This document shows positions 52,349-64,000 of a stretch of DNA of 64,000 bases, piece after piece. This DNA is from Eledone cirrhosa. Its lineage: Eukaryota. Every line of letters starts with the position of its first letter. Within the stretch, counting starts at the first letter, position 1. The translations under genes were made by a program, and so were the position numbers. Location: positions 8,820-72,819 of the forward strand of contig CAXHJY010001753.1 in NCBI GenBank assembly GCA_964016885.1. Reading direction: 5' to 3'. Below the pieces are notes generated by a model. That model had not been told where the DNA came from, ran no database searches, and was given only the letters and a program-made list of their open reading frames with translations.

Positions 52349-53701
52349 GATGGCTGCCCCCTCGTTATCGAGTATGGCCATTGCTCGATATACCATTATC
52401 AATAATTATTAATTAATTCTATCGCGCAATAGCCTGTGCGTGATTTTTTTAAAATGAAGAAAGACTGTGCACTGAGCCAATCCCACTCTCTGAGAAACAG
52501 TAACCATAACCCGAAAAGAAGAAAAGATCAACGACATTGTAACTACTGAGCCGCGGGCTTTATGTCGGAGTTATCCAAGTTTTCTGAGTTGCCTCCTCGT
52601 ATAAGAATGCCCTGACAAAGGCTAGGGGTCCTTCACTCCCAGTGGTTTAACCGTGCAATAGGGTATCCAGCCCGACTATTTCTCTGTGCCCGCGCATATA
52701 CATACAGATACATATGTACATGTGTTTATACATATTTACACATTTGTGGATGGTCGTTGACTCTTATGAGTTCTTCCACCCTTTGTCAGGTTTTGTTTTT
52801 TGTCCTGCAGGGTGTCCCAAATCACCCTCCTCACCAAGTAAACTTGGTGGGTTGCCGGTTTAGTCGCCGAAGACCCGACCATGCGACAGGTTGTACAGGG
52901 TTACATGTTACCAGTAGTAATCAAGAGTGACCCGATATAATATATATATATACATATACGAAACAGGTAAAATAGTAAAAGAGTATATACACACATACAT
53001 ACATATATAAACACATACATATAACTATAAATATAAAATTTGAAAAAACATACATTGACATAACAGCCACTAACTTTAAAACTCCTGCTGAAGGAGTGGG
53101 CGTGAGCGTACTACTGTGTTTTAAAGTTAGTGGATGTTATGTCAATGTATGTTTTTTCAAATCAAACCAAACGGCTTTGGTTACCTATGCATGGGACCTC
53201 AACAAAAATTCCACCCTCTAATTGAAAATACTCCAGAGGACACGCTCATGCATTGGCGGGCATACGTACTATGATTTATGAATAATGGAGAACTACGAGA
53301 TGTTACTTGCCACAGGTCCTTTATATATATGTGTGTATATGTGTATATATTTTTGACTTCGCTCCCTCTCTCCGGTTTGTCGTATACATACATGTGCTTT
53401 TCCTGTTTCCCTTTTCGGTATGTTCTCTGCGTTTTTTTTCTTTTTTTCTTTCTTTTTTCCCTTCTGTTATGTTTTTTTCTCTCTCCTTTTTCCCCCGATA
53501 GCTCCCTATAGTTATTGACGTACTGGCGCTAGACATATTGTCTTTAATGAGGATGGGAATGTCCCCCGTTTGTGCTTTCCTCTTATTTCTAAAAACACTT
53601 TATCAAGTAACCACACAGCTCCCTGTTTCTTCTAGAATTTATATATATATATATATATATATGATATTAATAAATGGAAACTATATTTATAAAACCATAT
53701 T

Positions 53702-53762
53702 TATTCTATTATATATATGTCAAGGGTACCAAAACTTTTGTACGCCCTCATCAGATAAAATA
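53702..53762 (-). ncRNA. Degenerate type I HHR (GACA for GAAA), same family as 27318
   Basis: TATTTTAT-CTGATGA-GGGcGTAC..GTACCCtt-GACA-TATATA-TA-ATAGAATA. Confidence 0.55.
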
Positions 53763-53867
53763 CGAAATTTGTTTTATAAATAGTGATACACCCAGGAATC
53801 AGACCTTAACGGTTCAAGTTCCGTTTGGATAGTGACTGGATTACCTATAACGATTATTTGTTATCCC

Positions 53868-53901
<34 letters not shown>

Positions 53902-53904
53902 GAT

Positions 53905-54028
<124 letters not shown>

Positions 54029-54031
54029 GAT

Positions 54032-54073
<42 letters not shown>

Positions 54074-54075
<2 letters not shown>

Positions 54076-55333
54076 TATAACAAATTATCGTTATAGGTAA
54101 TCCTGTTAGAGTTTGTGAGAACTCTGTATTCTGGATAGTTTTAACGTACGGCGTTGTTTGACTCAACAAGGCCCCCAAATGTAACTGTCACTTACCGGAT
54201 AGGTGCCCACTACAAAATCGATGCCTGGAGTCAAATATAGTGTAGCTGTGTACTATAAATTCGGGCAACTTAGCGTGGCACTACATAGGTTCTACGGCTA
54301 GGGAGTTAAAAAAAAAGATGGTACGTTCACAGACATTCTATAAAGAACCGTAGACTAGTGAACACAACAACGCTGGCCAATAAAATCTGGCAGCTTAAGG
54401 ATACAAACCAAGAATACAGGATTAGCTGATCGAAATTATCGGGAGCAAAAGCCTACAATAATGGAATGTCCCACTGTGGACTTTGCAATATGGCGTTGTT
54501 CCATATTTTAAAGTATGACAAAATGCTGCTTAACAGCAAAATAGAACTATCAATTTTTTTTACCCATAAAAGCGGCTACTAAATTCGCAAATTTCAAACT
54601 AACATCATTCGATCCAACAATCCCATAATTCAAGCTGAACCACTTAAAGTCTATTATAATAACCCACTATTATTAACTGTCAATAGACCAACTAATCACT
54701 AAATCAACATTATAATCTCCTAACCTCTATATCTTTCACTCTTTTTCCCTAAAACTATTTCACCCCTTCCATTATATCCTATCATGTTCTCTTCACCTCT
54801 CACATAGCTTCCAATTTATTAATTTATCCTTTATTTATCATTGTATTATTTCTTCCTAATATAACCCTCTGTAATTTAACCAATACATATGTATATATTT
54901 AATATTTTCATATTTATACCATCACATCTCTATACGTACACACCACTATAAGTTTAACTACCACCACCACCACAACAACTATTTTCAACAATCATATTAT
55001 GTTCATTTTTTCACATATATATTTTTTTACTTATTTTTTACCGCCTTCATTCTAACTTATTTATTATTATTTATTATTTTTTATTTTTTATTTTCTCCCT
55101 CACTCTTTTTTCTTTTCTCTTTTTTCTTTTTCTTTCTTTATTACTGATGTTGTTATTTGAATTTTCCTAGTATATTACAAACGCCGTGTATAATTTTTAT
55201 CAGTTATTCCGATAATTTGATTACGCGTGCATGTATTTAAAATTGAGTGACACAACTTCAAGTGATTAGCAATTTTTAGGCAATGAAACAATTGTTAATA
55301 CTGTAAATAAAACCCTTGTTATTCTTCACTCTT

Positions 55334-55340
<7 letters not shown>
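54074..55340 (+). mobile_element. Penelope-like 3' fragment (GIY-YIG and 3' region with decayed HHR ~55138-55301) between (TA)n tracts
   Basis: [21 protein letters not shown]...HYIGSTARELKK, HCGLC. Also GAAACAATTGTTAATAC near the 3' end. Confidence 0.75.
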
Positions 55341-55392
<52 letters not shown>

Positions 55393-55600
55393 CGTTTCTG
55401 AATTTGTTTAGCAAGATTCTTTATCTGAAATCGTGTGTTGAAACCGATATTGTTATACTTAGGGAGGGGCATGTTGCCAATAAGAAACACACGCACCAGT
55501 TGCTTTCACTTCAATTTATTATAATAAATTTATAAATTTAGGAATTTATAAATTTCTGGTTGGGTGGTTGGTTCCACAACCAGATAGTTGTTTATATATT

Positions 55601-55643
55601 GTCAAAGTTCTTTCGTCACACATTCTGTGACCTCTTCAGTGAC
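55601..55643 (-). ncRNA. Type I HHR with extra nucleotide after A9; sisters at 17511-17553 and 56925-56967 (+)
   Basis: GTCA-CTGAAGA-g-GTCACA gaatg TGTGAC-GAAA-gaac-TT-TGAC. Stem I covaries (ATCA/TGAT) in the 56925 copy. Confidence 0.65.
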
Positions 55644-55788
55644 TGGAGATTCTTTTCTTTGTTTTTGTGCCTCTCCTTTGTTCTGTCCTACGCCATTTTG
55701 TATATATATATTGTTATAGTTGGGGAGGGTCATATTGTTGTAATAATATTGCCAGAAATAATAACAGAACACACTCACTGTATATATC

Positions 55789-55819
<31 letters not shown>

Positions 55820-58800
55820 ATGTGTGTGTGTGTGTTTATGTATGTGTGTGTGTGTGGGCGTGTATGTGTGTGTATGTATGTGTACGTACGTATGATGATA
55901 ATGATGATAATGATGATGATGATGATGATGATGATGATGTCGACTGCAAACACTACTGTACCAACTTAAATACCATTGTTGTTGCTGTTATCACCACAAC
56001 TACTGCCATAGTGGTCCTGACAACTGCTGCTATTAATTTCGCCGCTACTGTTGCAAATAATACGGCCATCGCCACTAATCGATTTGACAGGTGGTGATAA
56101 CACAAGGATACTAATATTTTCGGCCAAAGCCTGATCATTATCAATCATGCATGAATCCGATTTGTATAGATATACGCTTAGAATGAATTTACCCTTTCAA
56201 AGCTGTGGGTGCTCTTGTGTACGTGTGTACTGTGTGCGAATGTGAATCTTTATGTATATCTTATGCCATACACCTTTCATGTACTGATTCATGTACTGAT
56301 AGAAACTGTATAGTCTGTAATGGTACGCCTGCAGAAAAACTGCAAAACTAGAAATGTAGTCTATAGGATAAGATGTACGGAGGGACATTACAGAAACAAG
56401 ACAAAGACATACATAAGATAGACAGTCCGTAATATAGTAGAGAGAGTAAAGGAACATTGGCGAGAACTTAAGGAGGAGAAAAGCCCATCAGTGCGTTTCC
56501 AACATGCCAAAGTAGTACACGTGGGTTCAATAGACAACATTGAAATATAGATCCTATCCACATATAGAACTGATGCAACCCTCAGACAAATTACGGATGC
56601 CAATCACGTAATTTAAGATAGTCCTAGCCGGAACAGAAAATACGAGTGGAATATTAACAACCTACACCTTAATGACTGATGACAGACTAAAGACGCAAAC
56701 AAAAGCAAGACACAAAGATCAAAACAGCAAACGATTCAAACCCTCACACACACGACAAAAACAAAAACACATACACACAGTGATGCAGGCGCAAACGCAT
56801 GCAAGATACGAAACACACACACAAAAAAAAAAAAAAATAAATAAATAAACGCACCGCAGAACCAACAAAGACAAGATGGAGTAGAAGTTTAAGACCAGGA
56901 AAAAGAGGAGTCATAAAACAGATAATCATTGATGATGTCACAGAATGTGTGACGAAAGAATTTTGATAAACAAATGAATAATAAACGATAAATTATATGA
57001 TGCGTGTGTTTCTTTCTATTGGCAATATTGGCAACATGACCATCCCCAAATATAATAATATCTGTTTAAATACACGATTTCACATCAAGAATCTTGCAGA
57101 ACAAATACATAAACGTATATATACACACAAATTTAAGGCATCAAAACATATATTTTGCTTGATATTTGTGCTTCTCAATAAAAAATCTAAATTGTCCAGA
57201 GCTATAATATTTCAAATTAAAAGATATATATAGAGAGAGAAAGAACCATATATCCCATGAGGACACACTATATATGGTATATATACAAAGCACATAGTTC
57301 AAAGAAAAATATGTACTATAGATGGAAACAATTAAACTCCTTATATGGCTATTTTATTACTTGTAGTACCGTAACTAAAAATCGATCAAGTTATTGATCA
57401 TCGTTCATAAACTATCAATTTTGGTCAATTTATGGGAGACGCAAGTCAATCGTCAGAGGAAATCGTCAATGAATAATTTGAAATATTAAAAAATACAGTT
57501 ACAATATAGTATATAATACAATATACCTGTTTATATCCGGAGGGAAACAATACGAATTAACTTCAAGCTGAAACCACCATTATGTAGTCACATTTAACGC
57601 GAGGCAACAGATACAAACAAAACTGGACGTTAATAGCTTTCACATCTTTTCCTTGCGGCCTTTTTAGTCCACGCGTGTGGCTTATTAACGTATTTATAAT
57701 TCAAAATGTATAACCAAGCGGATGACTACTTCACAGATTTGATTCTTGTTTCTTCCGTACTTTGTCAAAAGCTAGTGATAAATTATGTGATAGCGAAACT
57801 GTCTGTATTATCTATATTATTGATTACTTATATGGAAATACAACATTAGATTTATAGGCTAAGGAAAACGAGGATATGTATCGTTCACGCTAATTACAAA
57901 AGCATAAGAGACACAAGTAAACTGATGGTAACTATATATTGAAATAAGACAGCGCATTTGACCCCCAAAGAGACTAGTAGTTGTAAATAGTAATGACTAC
58001 TACGTTATGAGATTATTTTCACAGTCACGAAGCTTCTGATTTGCAAACAAAAGGAGAGGGGAAGCTGTGACGTTCTTACTTCTCTGGAAGTAATTAAAGA
58101 TATGCATGAATGCATGGTCCCATAACTCCCGAGGGAGTCGTAGGGCGCCGTGTTAATATACGGTGTTTCGAGGGTATTTTTTAAACCTGGTAGAGCCCAT
58201 CTCCTCTCCAGGTCTGAATACAACAGATTTCTTCCAGAGAAAGATAGAGAGCGAGAGAAGGAAAATAAAAAGGAGATATATAGGAAGATCAATCCCAGTA
58301 CTTAACTGGCTCTTTTTTATCGACCCCGAATGCATGAATGACAAAGGTGACCTCGGCGGGATTTGAACTCAGATATCGAATACCTCAAAACATTCTTTCC
58401 GACGTTCTAATTACTTTGCCAATTCGCCGCCTACAATCAAAGATATAAATAAAATAAACTAGTAAGGGACTAGTGCAAAAACCGAACCTTAGAGTTCAAC
58501 TTCAGCTTTCCGTTACTCTACGATTAACGTTATATGGTGGTTGTTGTAACGAGAGTCGCTGGTCGATTTCTGCGGTAATACCTTTGCCATTTTGTCTGTG
58601 TGACGCAACTGTAGCATGCCGCTCGGCCTGTCAAGTGTGCAGTCTGTCGTTTTGTCCCCATTTTCCCTATCTCTCATCACTTAATTTCTCTTTGTTGGTT
58701 CTTCTTTTTTTTCTCCATCTTTTTCCTTCCAATATTTATTATATCAACATTATTATCTTATTCAATAAATAGATATCAAAATAATCTATTTTTAGAATCG

Positions 58801-59335
58801 TTGAGCGATAGGATGTAGGTGAATTTGAAAGGAGCATCAACGTTGTTTGATTATAAAAAAATAGATTTTTTTAAAGTATTCAGAGCTTATCTTCCCAACT
58901 TATGAGACTTTTTTTCATAGTCAAACGACGTTGATACTTCTTTTAAATCCACCAAAATATTCATAACTCAAGGCCTAAATGTAAAGCAATTTCGCTGAGG
59001 CGCAATAAAAAAAAAACGTTGAGTATACCATAAACAGACGATAGTCAAGGAAATCCCATCCATCAAATGCTCAATAAGAATAACAATATACATGTCTATA
59101 GCTTTCAGTTTAATAATAATTACCTTGAAGCTTTTTCCCAATGTGATTATCACTGGTAACACTGGTAAATGTTCTGATATTTTCCCATAAACTATATATA
59201 TATTCAAACATAATTATACACACTCACGTACCTACGAAGTCATCATTTACTTCTGCGTTCAAAGATTGATTTTTTTAGTTTCAGAAGAACCCGTTAAGGG
59301 CGAAAGCAGCGATTCTTTGCTTAAATTTTAATCTA

Positions 59336-59379
<44 letters not shown>

Positions 59380-59512
59380 GTAAGGTGTATTATTGGTTGT
59401 GTCATACGGTCCAATAAATTTTTGTTAGCAATATTAAGTTCTCCACGCTTTTGTATACCTCCAATTCCATTTATGGGAACAGCTAGATGATGTAAAATGG
59501 AGTGTTTGTATC

Positions 59513-59878
59513 AAAATAAAGATCCGAAGGCATGGTATAAATTTCAAATCATTTTAATCATGACACATGTTTCAATAAGAGATAGATCGATCGATCGATT
59601 ATCACTGATCTCGTCAGGTGAAAAGGAATTGTCTTCAAATCATTGATATGAGGGAAAAAATTAACGATGTTCACTCACAGAGTTTGAGGGACTAAACTCT
59701 GTGACTGAACATCGTAAATTTTCTCCCTCATATCAAGGATTTGAAGATAATTCATTTTCACCTTATGAGATCAGTGATAATCGATCATGGCTACACGATC
59801 GATTTATCTCTTATTGAAACATGTGCCGTGATTAAAATGATTGGAAATTTATACCATGCCTTCGGATCTTTATTTTTA
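59513..59878. repeat. Fold-back with ~175-bp diverged arms, each carrying an HHR remnant (59558-59621 -, 59758-59831 +)
   Basis: Centre ~59688 (cacagagttt..aaactctgtg). The minus arm reads TCAC-CTGACGA..GAAA-CATGTG-TC-ATGA. Confidence 0.85.
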
Positions 59879-60331
59879 TATATATATATATTAATAAAAG
59901 GAATTCCAACTTTGTCTGATTTACTCTTTTATTTACAATCCTTTAAAATTTATAAAGATATTAGAATGAAATAGTATGGTAGAATATTAAATGTTAATTG
60001 TTAATTGACAAAGTACTTTTATGCTTTCGCAATCTTCAGGTTTATATTCTGTGGTGACAGTCAAGTTTGCAATATATATCAAAATTGAGTTAGAAACTTA
60101 AAATAGTCTCTTACAATAAAATAGCTCTAGGAAAGAGATTTTTCTGAGCCGCATATTATAATTGAATATAAAAGAAAAGTAAACAGATATATACATATAT
60201 GTGTTCAAATCGTAAGGGACCAGATTCGCTAAGGTGAAAAGAATACTAACTATAGACAATAAAGATTGCCAGACTCAATTTAAGAATAAATCAAGAACAT
60301 AAATACAAACCGGAATTGTGGTAACTACCAA

Positions 60332-60411
60332 TCACCCAGACAGCTTTGGCTATGCTGTTTCGCAAAATTAATTGTGAAGAGGAATACGGATTCTTGCTCA
60401 TCAGTGGGTGA
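60332..60411 (-). ncRNA. Canonical full type I hammerhead ribozyme
   Basis: TCACCCA-CTGATGA-GCAAGA..24 nt..TTTTGC-GAAA-CAGC atagccaaa GCTG-TC-TGGGTGA. Core intact and three stems present. Predicted cut between 60339 and 60338. Confidence 0.9.
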
Positions 60412-60905
60412 AGAATTAGTATTCTGTTCCCTTCTAAGTATATTAAAAAACTGAATAGTGTGCGTACATATAATAACGCACATGGTATCTGAACTTAGCG
60501 TGTCTCACAAACTCACACCACTAAAAATAGCAGCCAGGTTTACTCGACATTTGAATTAGCTCAACAAGTTAACGGAGCCGAATACATCAAAGGTGTATAT
60601 TGAGTTAGAAACTCAAAATAGTCTCTTACAATAAAATAGCTCTAGGAAAGAGATTTTTTCAGGTCCCTTACGATTTGAACACATATATTTATATATCTGT
60701 GTTTATGTTTCTTTTATATTCAATTATATATATATATATATATATATAGTTTCGTTGACAAATATATCAATATGCCCAGACATGCAGATATATTGCCCTT
60801 GGTATGACAGTGTGGTTTTAGATCAAAGTAGGATAACTAGTATACTACAGAGCCGTTATAGTTATAGGAATAACCAAAGAGTGCTTAGAAATACATTGGT
60901 TTATT

Positions 60906-60952
60906 AGCTAACAGTGTTTCATCCATACCCCATAGCAGGAATCATCAGAGCC
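60906..60952 (-). ncRNA. Minimal type I HHR motif
   Basis: GGCT-CTGATGA-tTCCtgct atgg ggtatGGAt-GAAA-cactg-TT-AGCT. Confidence 0.6.
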
Positions 60953-61524
60953 TATAAACAAGAGTATATCAATAGTTGCATGCTCCATCGAGCTGCGTCA
61001 CCAGAACAAAGTTAAAGGACCAGCAGGGGGTCCCGAGGCCAGCGCTATATGGAAAAAGACAGAATACATGATGCACATAATGTCATAAAATGTCTTAAAA
61101 TATTTTAAGCTTACACCAAAAATGTATCACTTTAATGGTGCAATAGAGGATAAAGAGATTGGGAGAGGGAACAAGCATGATATGGATGCTTAAAGAACCA
61201 GCAAATTGCCATAGGTTTAGAGGCATACTAAATGGGGCCCTTAGCATGGAAGAGAAGGAGAGTATATCCTCTAACATAGAGGACAACTGGAAATTCTTAC
61301 GAGACGAGCCACGGAAATCCAAAATTAACCGAAGAATAGAAAGCCAAACTTGACAGCAGAGTAGAAAGCTAAAACTGAGAGCAGAGTGGAAAGCCATTAT
61401 TGACAGCAATTAAGGATATGAATGTACGAAAGGCAGCTGACACATAAAAGATAAGGTTAAGATGATTAAACTATTCGTGGTGTAGGGTGCAGTATAGCAC
61501 AAGATGTAATACTCAATGAGTGTT

Positions 61525-61715
61525 GGAGCAGAATTGGCAGTATCGGTAGAGGGTCGGATGCCATGCTTTCCAGCATAGTTACGTCCCTTTACGGTCTGAG
61601 TTCAAGTCCCGTTGAGGTTAACTTTGCCTTTCATCCTTACGGGGTCGATAAAATAAAGTACCAGTAATGCACTGGGATAATTGCTGGCCTTGTGCCAAAA
61701 GTAGAAACAATTATT
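61525..61715 (+). mobile_element. SINE (main family)
   Basis: Close to the window consensus. Confidence 0.9.
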
Positions 61716-62812
61716 AACTGCTAAAGGGATGTACTAGAGGTTAGAGTAGGTTATGAAGATCAAAGAAAGAATAATAACACAACTGATTTAAAACAGAATT
61801 AATCTTAATGAGAAGCAGTTTTGCTTTCTATTGGAGATGCCATCTTTCTATATGATAACTGCAAGAAAATTAAATAATTAAATGTAAACCTCTATACTTA
61901 TCATTCATCGGTCCGGGAAAGACCTATAACAGAATGCCACGCTCAGTAATATGGTGGGAACTTAAGAATGTAAGGATAGATGAATGGCTTGTGAGTGTAA
62001 AGGAAGGAAACATTTGCGCAATACACTACTTCGCGTTTCAACACCCGAGCGTTGGCTAATGACAGCGAGCTGAAAAATAGAATGTAGTAAACACCATCAC
62101 ACTAGACGCATCACATTACACATATGCATCATATTACATACCAAACACACAGACACACAAATTTGCATGTTCATTTTATATTAGGGTGCATATGTATATG
62201 CATACAGACTCATGTGTACGTATATAAGAAAACATATAGACATCTAAATATACGCAAGCATACTTGCTCATGTACACATATTTTCATGTATTCATATATA
62301 CAGACACGCACATATACACGAACGCATACACACACACACACAGATATATGCATACATACATATAGAGACACATATAGAGATACATATACATAAACATTTA
62401 CACACATACGTTCATAAATAAAATGTAAAGTTCCCTAAGCTCATATGCCGATGAAGAAATATAGGCAAGTCGAGAAAAGTGGAAAATAAAATACAACCAT
62501 AGATGAAATAACATCCTTTATTCAGTTTGGACATTAAAATTCCCAGGATACATGAGTTTGAGTCATAAGTTGTGATTATTGAATATCTGCAAGCAATGAT
62601 GTTTATTTCCTGTTGTGTAGAGGAGAGAAAGAGACAGAGAAACCGAGAAAGAGAAAGAGAAAGAGAAAGAAAAAGAGAAAGATAGGAGAACGTGTTAGTG
62701 GGTGAGTAGATAGAAAGCAAGTGGATACACACATACACACACATATATATATATGTATATGTATATATGTATATTTATCTCTCTCTATCTCTGTCTCTCT
62801 TTCTCTCTCCCC

Positions 62813-62903
<91 letters not shown>

Positions 62904-63268
62904 GTAATAGGGTTAAGGTATCGTAAGAGAGGATGAAGCAGAGAGTTACTAAGATGTGCAATACAGAATACTAAATGCCAAACGCCAAAGCGTGGTGCGC
63001 TCGATGCTTGGGTTAACAGGGTTAAATATTAGAGGATGTTAATATATAATAGATCATTCCCCTCTCTATAATTTAACTGCTTTACTCTCTCTGTCGCTCT
63101 TCACTCTCAAATATTATAAAGCCGAGTGTCGCCTCTCTCCCTCTCTCTCTCTCACTCCCTCTTTCACCCTCTCTATAATTTAACTGCTTTACTCTCTGTC
63201 TCTCTTCACTCTCTATATGACAACACTCATTTACTTTCCGTATCTCCCTTCAATATATCAATATATAC

Positions 63269-63553
63269 CCAGGTTCTGCTGCACGTCGGGCTGAGGGGGC
63301 CAAATTCATCAAATACCGGTCGCTCTACGACAGGTTTGCCGTCGTACCCCTGGTAGTGGAGACTTCTGATGTCCTCAGCCCCAGGGATACCTCCTTAATC
63401 ACCACCATAGGCGCCGAGCTGGCCAGCCGCAGGTGTGAGCCCCGCGAGTTGGAGTGGCTTTTCCAGCGCGTCTCCCTTGCCGTCCTCCGGGGAAACGCCT
63501 TCTCCATTCTGTTCGCCGGTGCTGTATGTGGGCCCCATCGTGTACCGTTGTAG
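63269..63553 (+). mobile_element. CRE-clade retrotransposon 3' fragment (RLE C-terminus)
   Basis: AEGAKFIKYRSLYDRFAVVPLVVETS...WLFQRVSLAVLRGNA matches the K..KY...F.P...ET...QR.S.A..RGNA pattern. GC-rich island. Confidence 0.75.
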
Positions 63554-63771
63554 TTGTTGTATACAGATATTAACTCATCAATCCCATTATTTATATCATA
63601 TATCAACATGAAGATGAGCGTCATATGTATGTTTATTTCAAAATGATAACCTCCTTCAAATTCGGTCAACACACAAGCAGGTAATACATACATCAAAAGG
63701 CAACACTCTTAGAGAGACAGAGAGTGAAAGAGACAGATTAGGAAAACTACACACACACATACTAAAGAGAA

Positions 63772-63805
<34 letters not shown>

Positions 63806-64000
63806 CAGGGAAAGAGAAATAGAGGGACGGGCAAGCAGGTAATATATACATCTAAAATCATTTGGATACAAATATCATAATATAATGGTTGCAGAACGAA
63901 AATTAAGCAAATATAATAATGTATGTATCCCATACACTTTTTCTGTCGTCGCTCGCTTAAGTAACACACACACACACTTACACACAAATACACATACTTT

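Noticed and set aside
58580-58595. aaaATGGCAAAG/gt on minus as a possible first coding exon
   Set aside because: Too short to distinguish from chance.
59280-59340. CAGAAGA-CCC..GGG-CGAAA motif (tail shared with ~22440)
   Set aside because: Core and stems are too degenerate to call an HHR.

Overview
AT-rich, repeat-dominated eukaryotic DNA. The tRNA-headed SINE family resembles my recollection of octopod cephalopod SINEs, so the taxon is an inference. The only host coding sequence I can support is two minus-strand exons of an M1 aminopeptidase N-like gene (7676-7785 and 6782-6945). The rest is intronic or intergenic: about 20 SINE copies, a 2.6-kb GGT-based minisatellite, an RTE LINE with a 5' inversion, a rearranged Tx1/L1 element, three R4/Dong-type RT+RLE elements (one near-intact), a CRE fragment, several Penelope-like (GIY-YIG) remnants and many (TA)n, (CA)n and (TAA)n tracts. 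The most striking signal is a dense population of more than 20 type I hammerhead ribozyme (HHR) motifs from several unrelated families between about 17 and 61 kb, mostly in (TA)n-bounded cassettes that are often fold-back. These include a young 312-bp HHR-bearing tandem array with an inverted end (candidate retrozyme or circular-RNA unit), a fully canonical HHR at 60332-60411, and non-canonical variants (U3-A8, U10.1-U11.1 with long stem II, extra nucleotide after A9). All structures were read by eye and no folding or database search was run.
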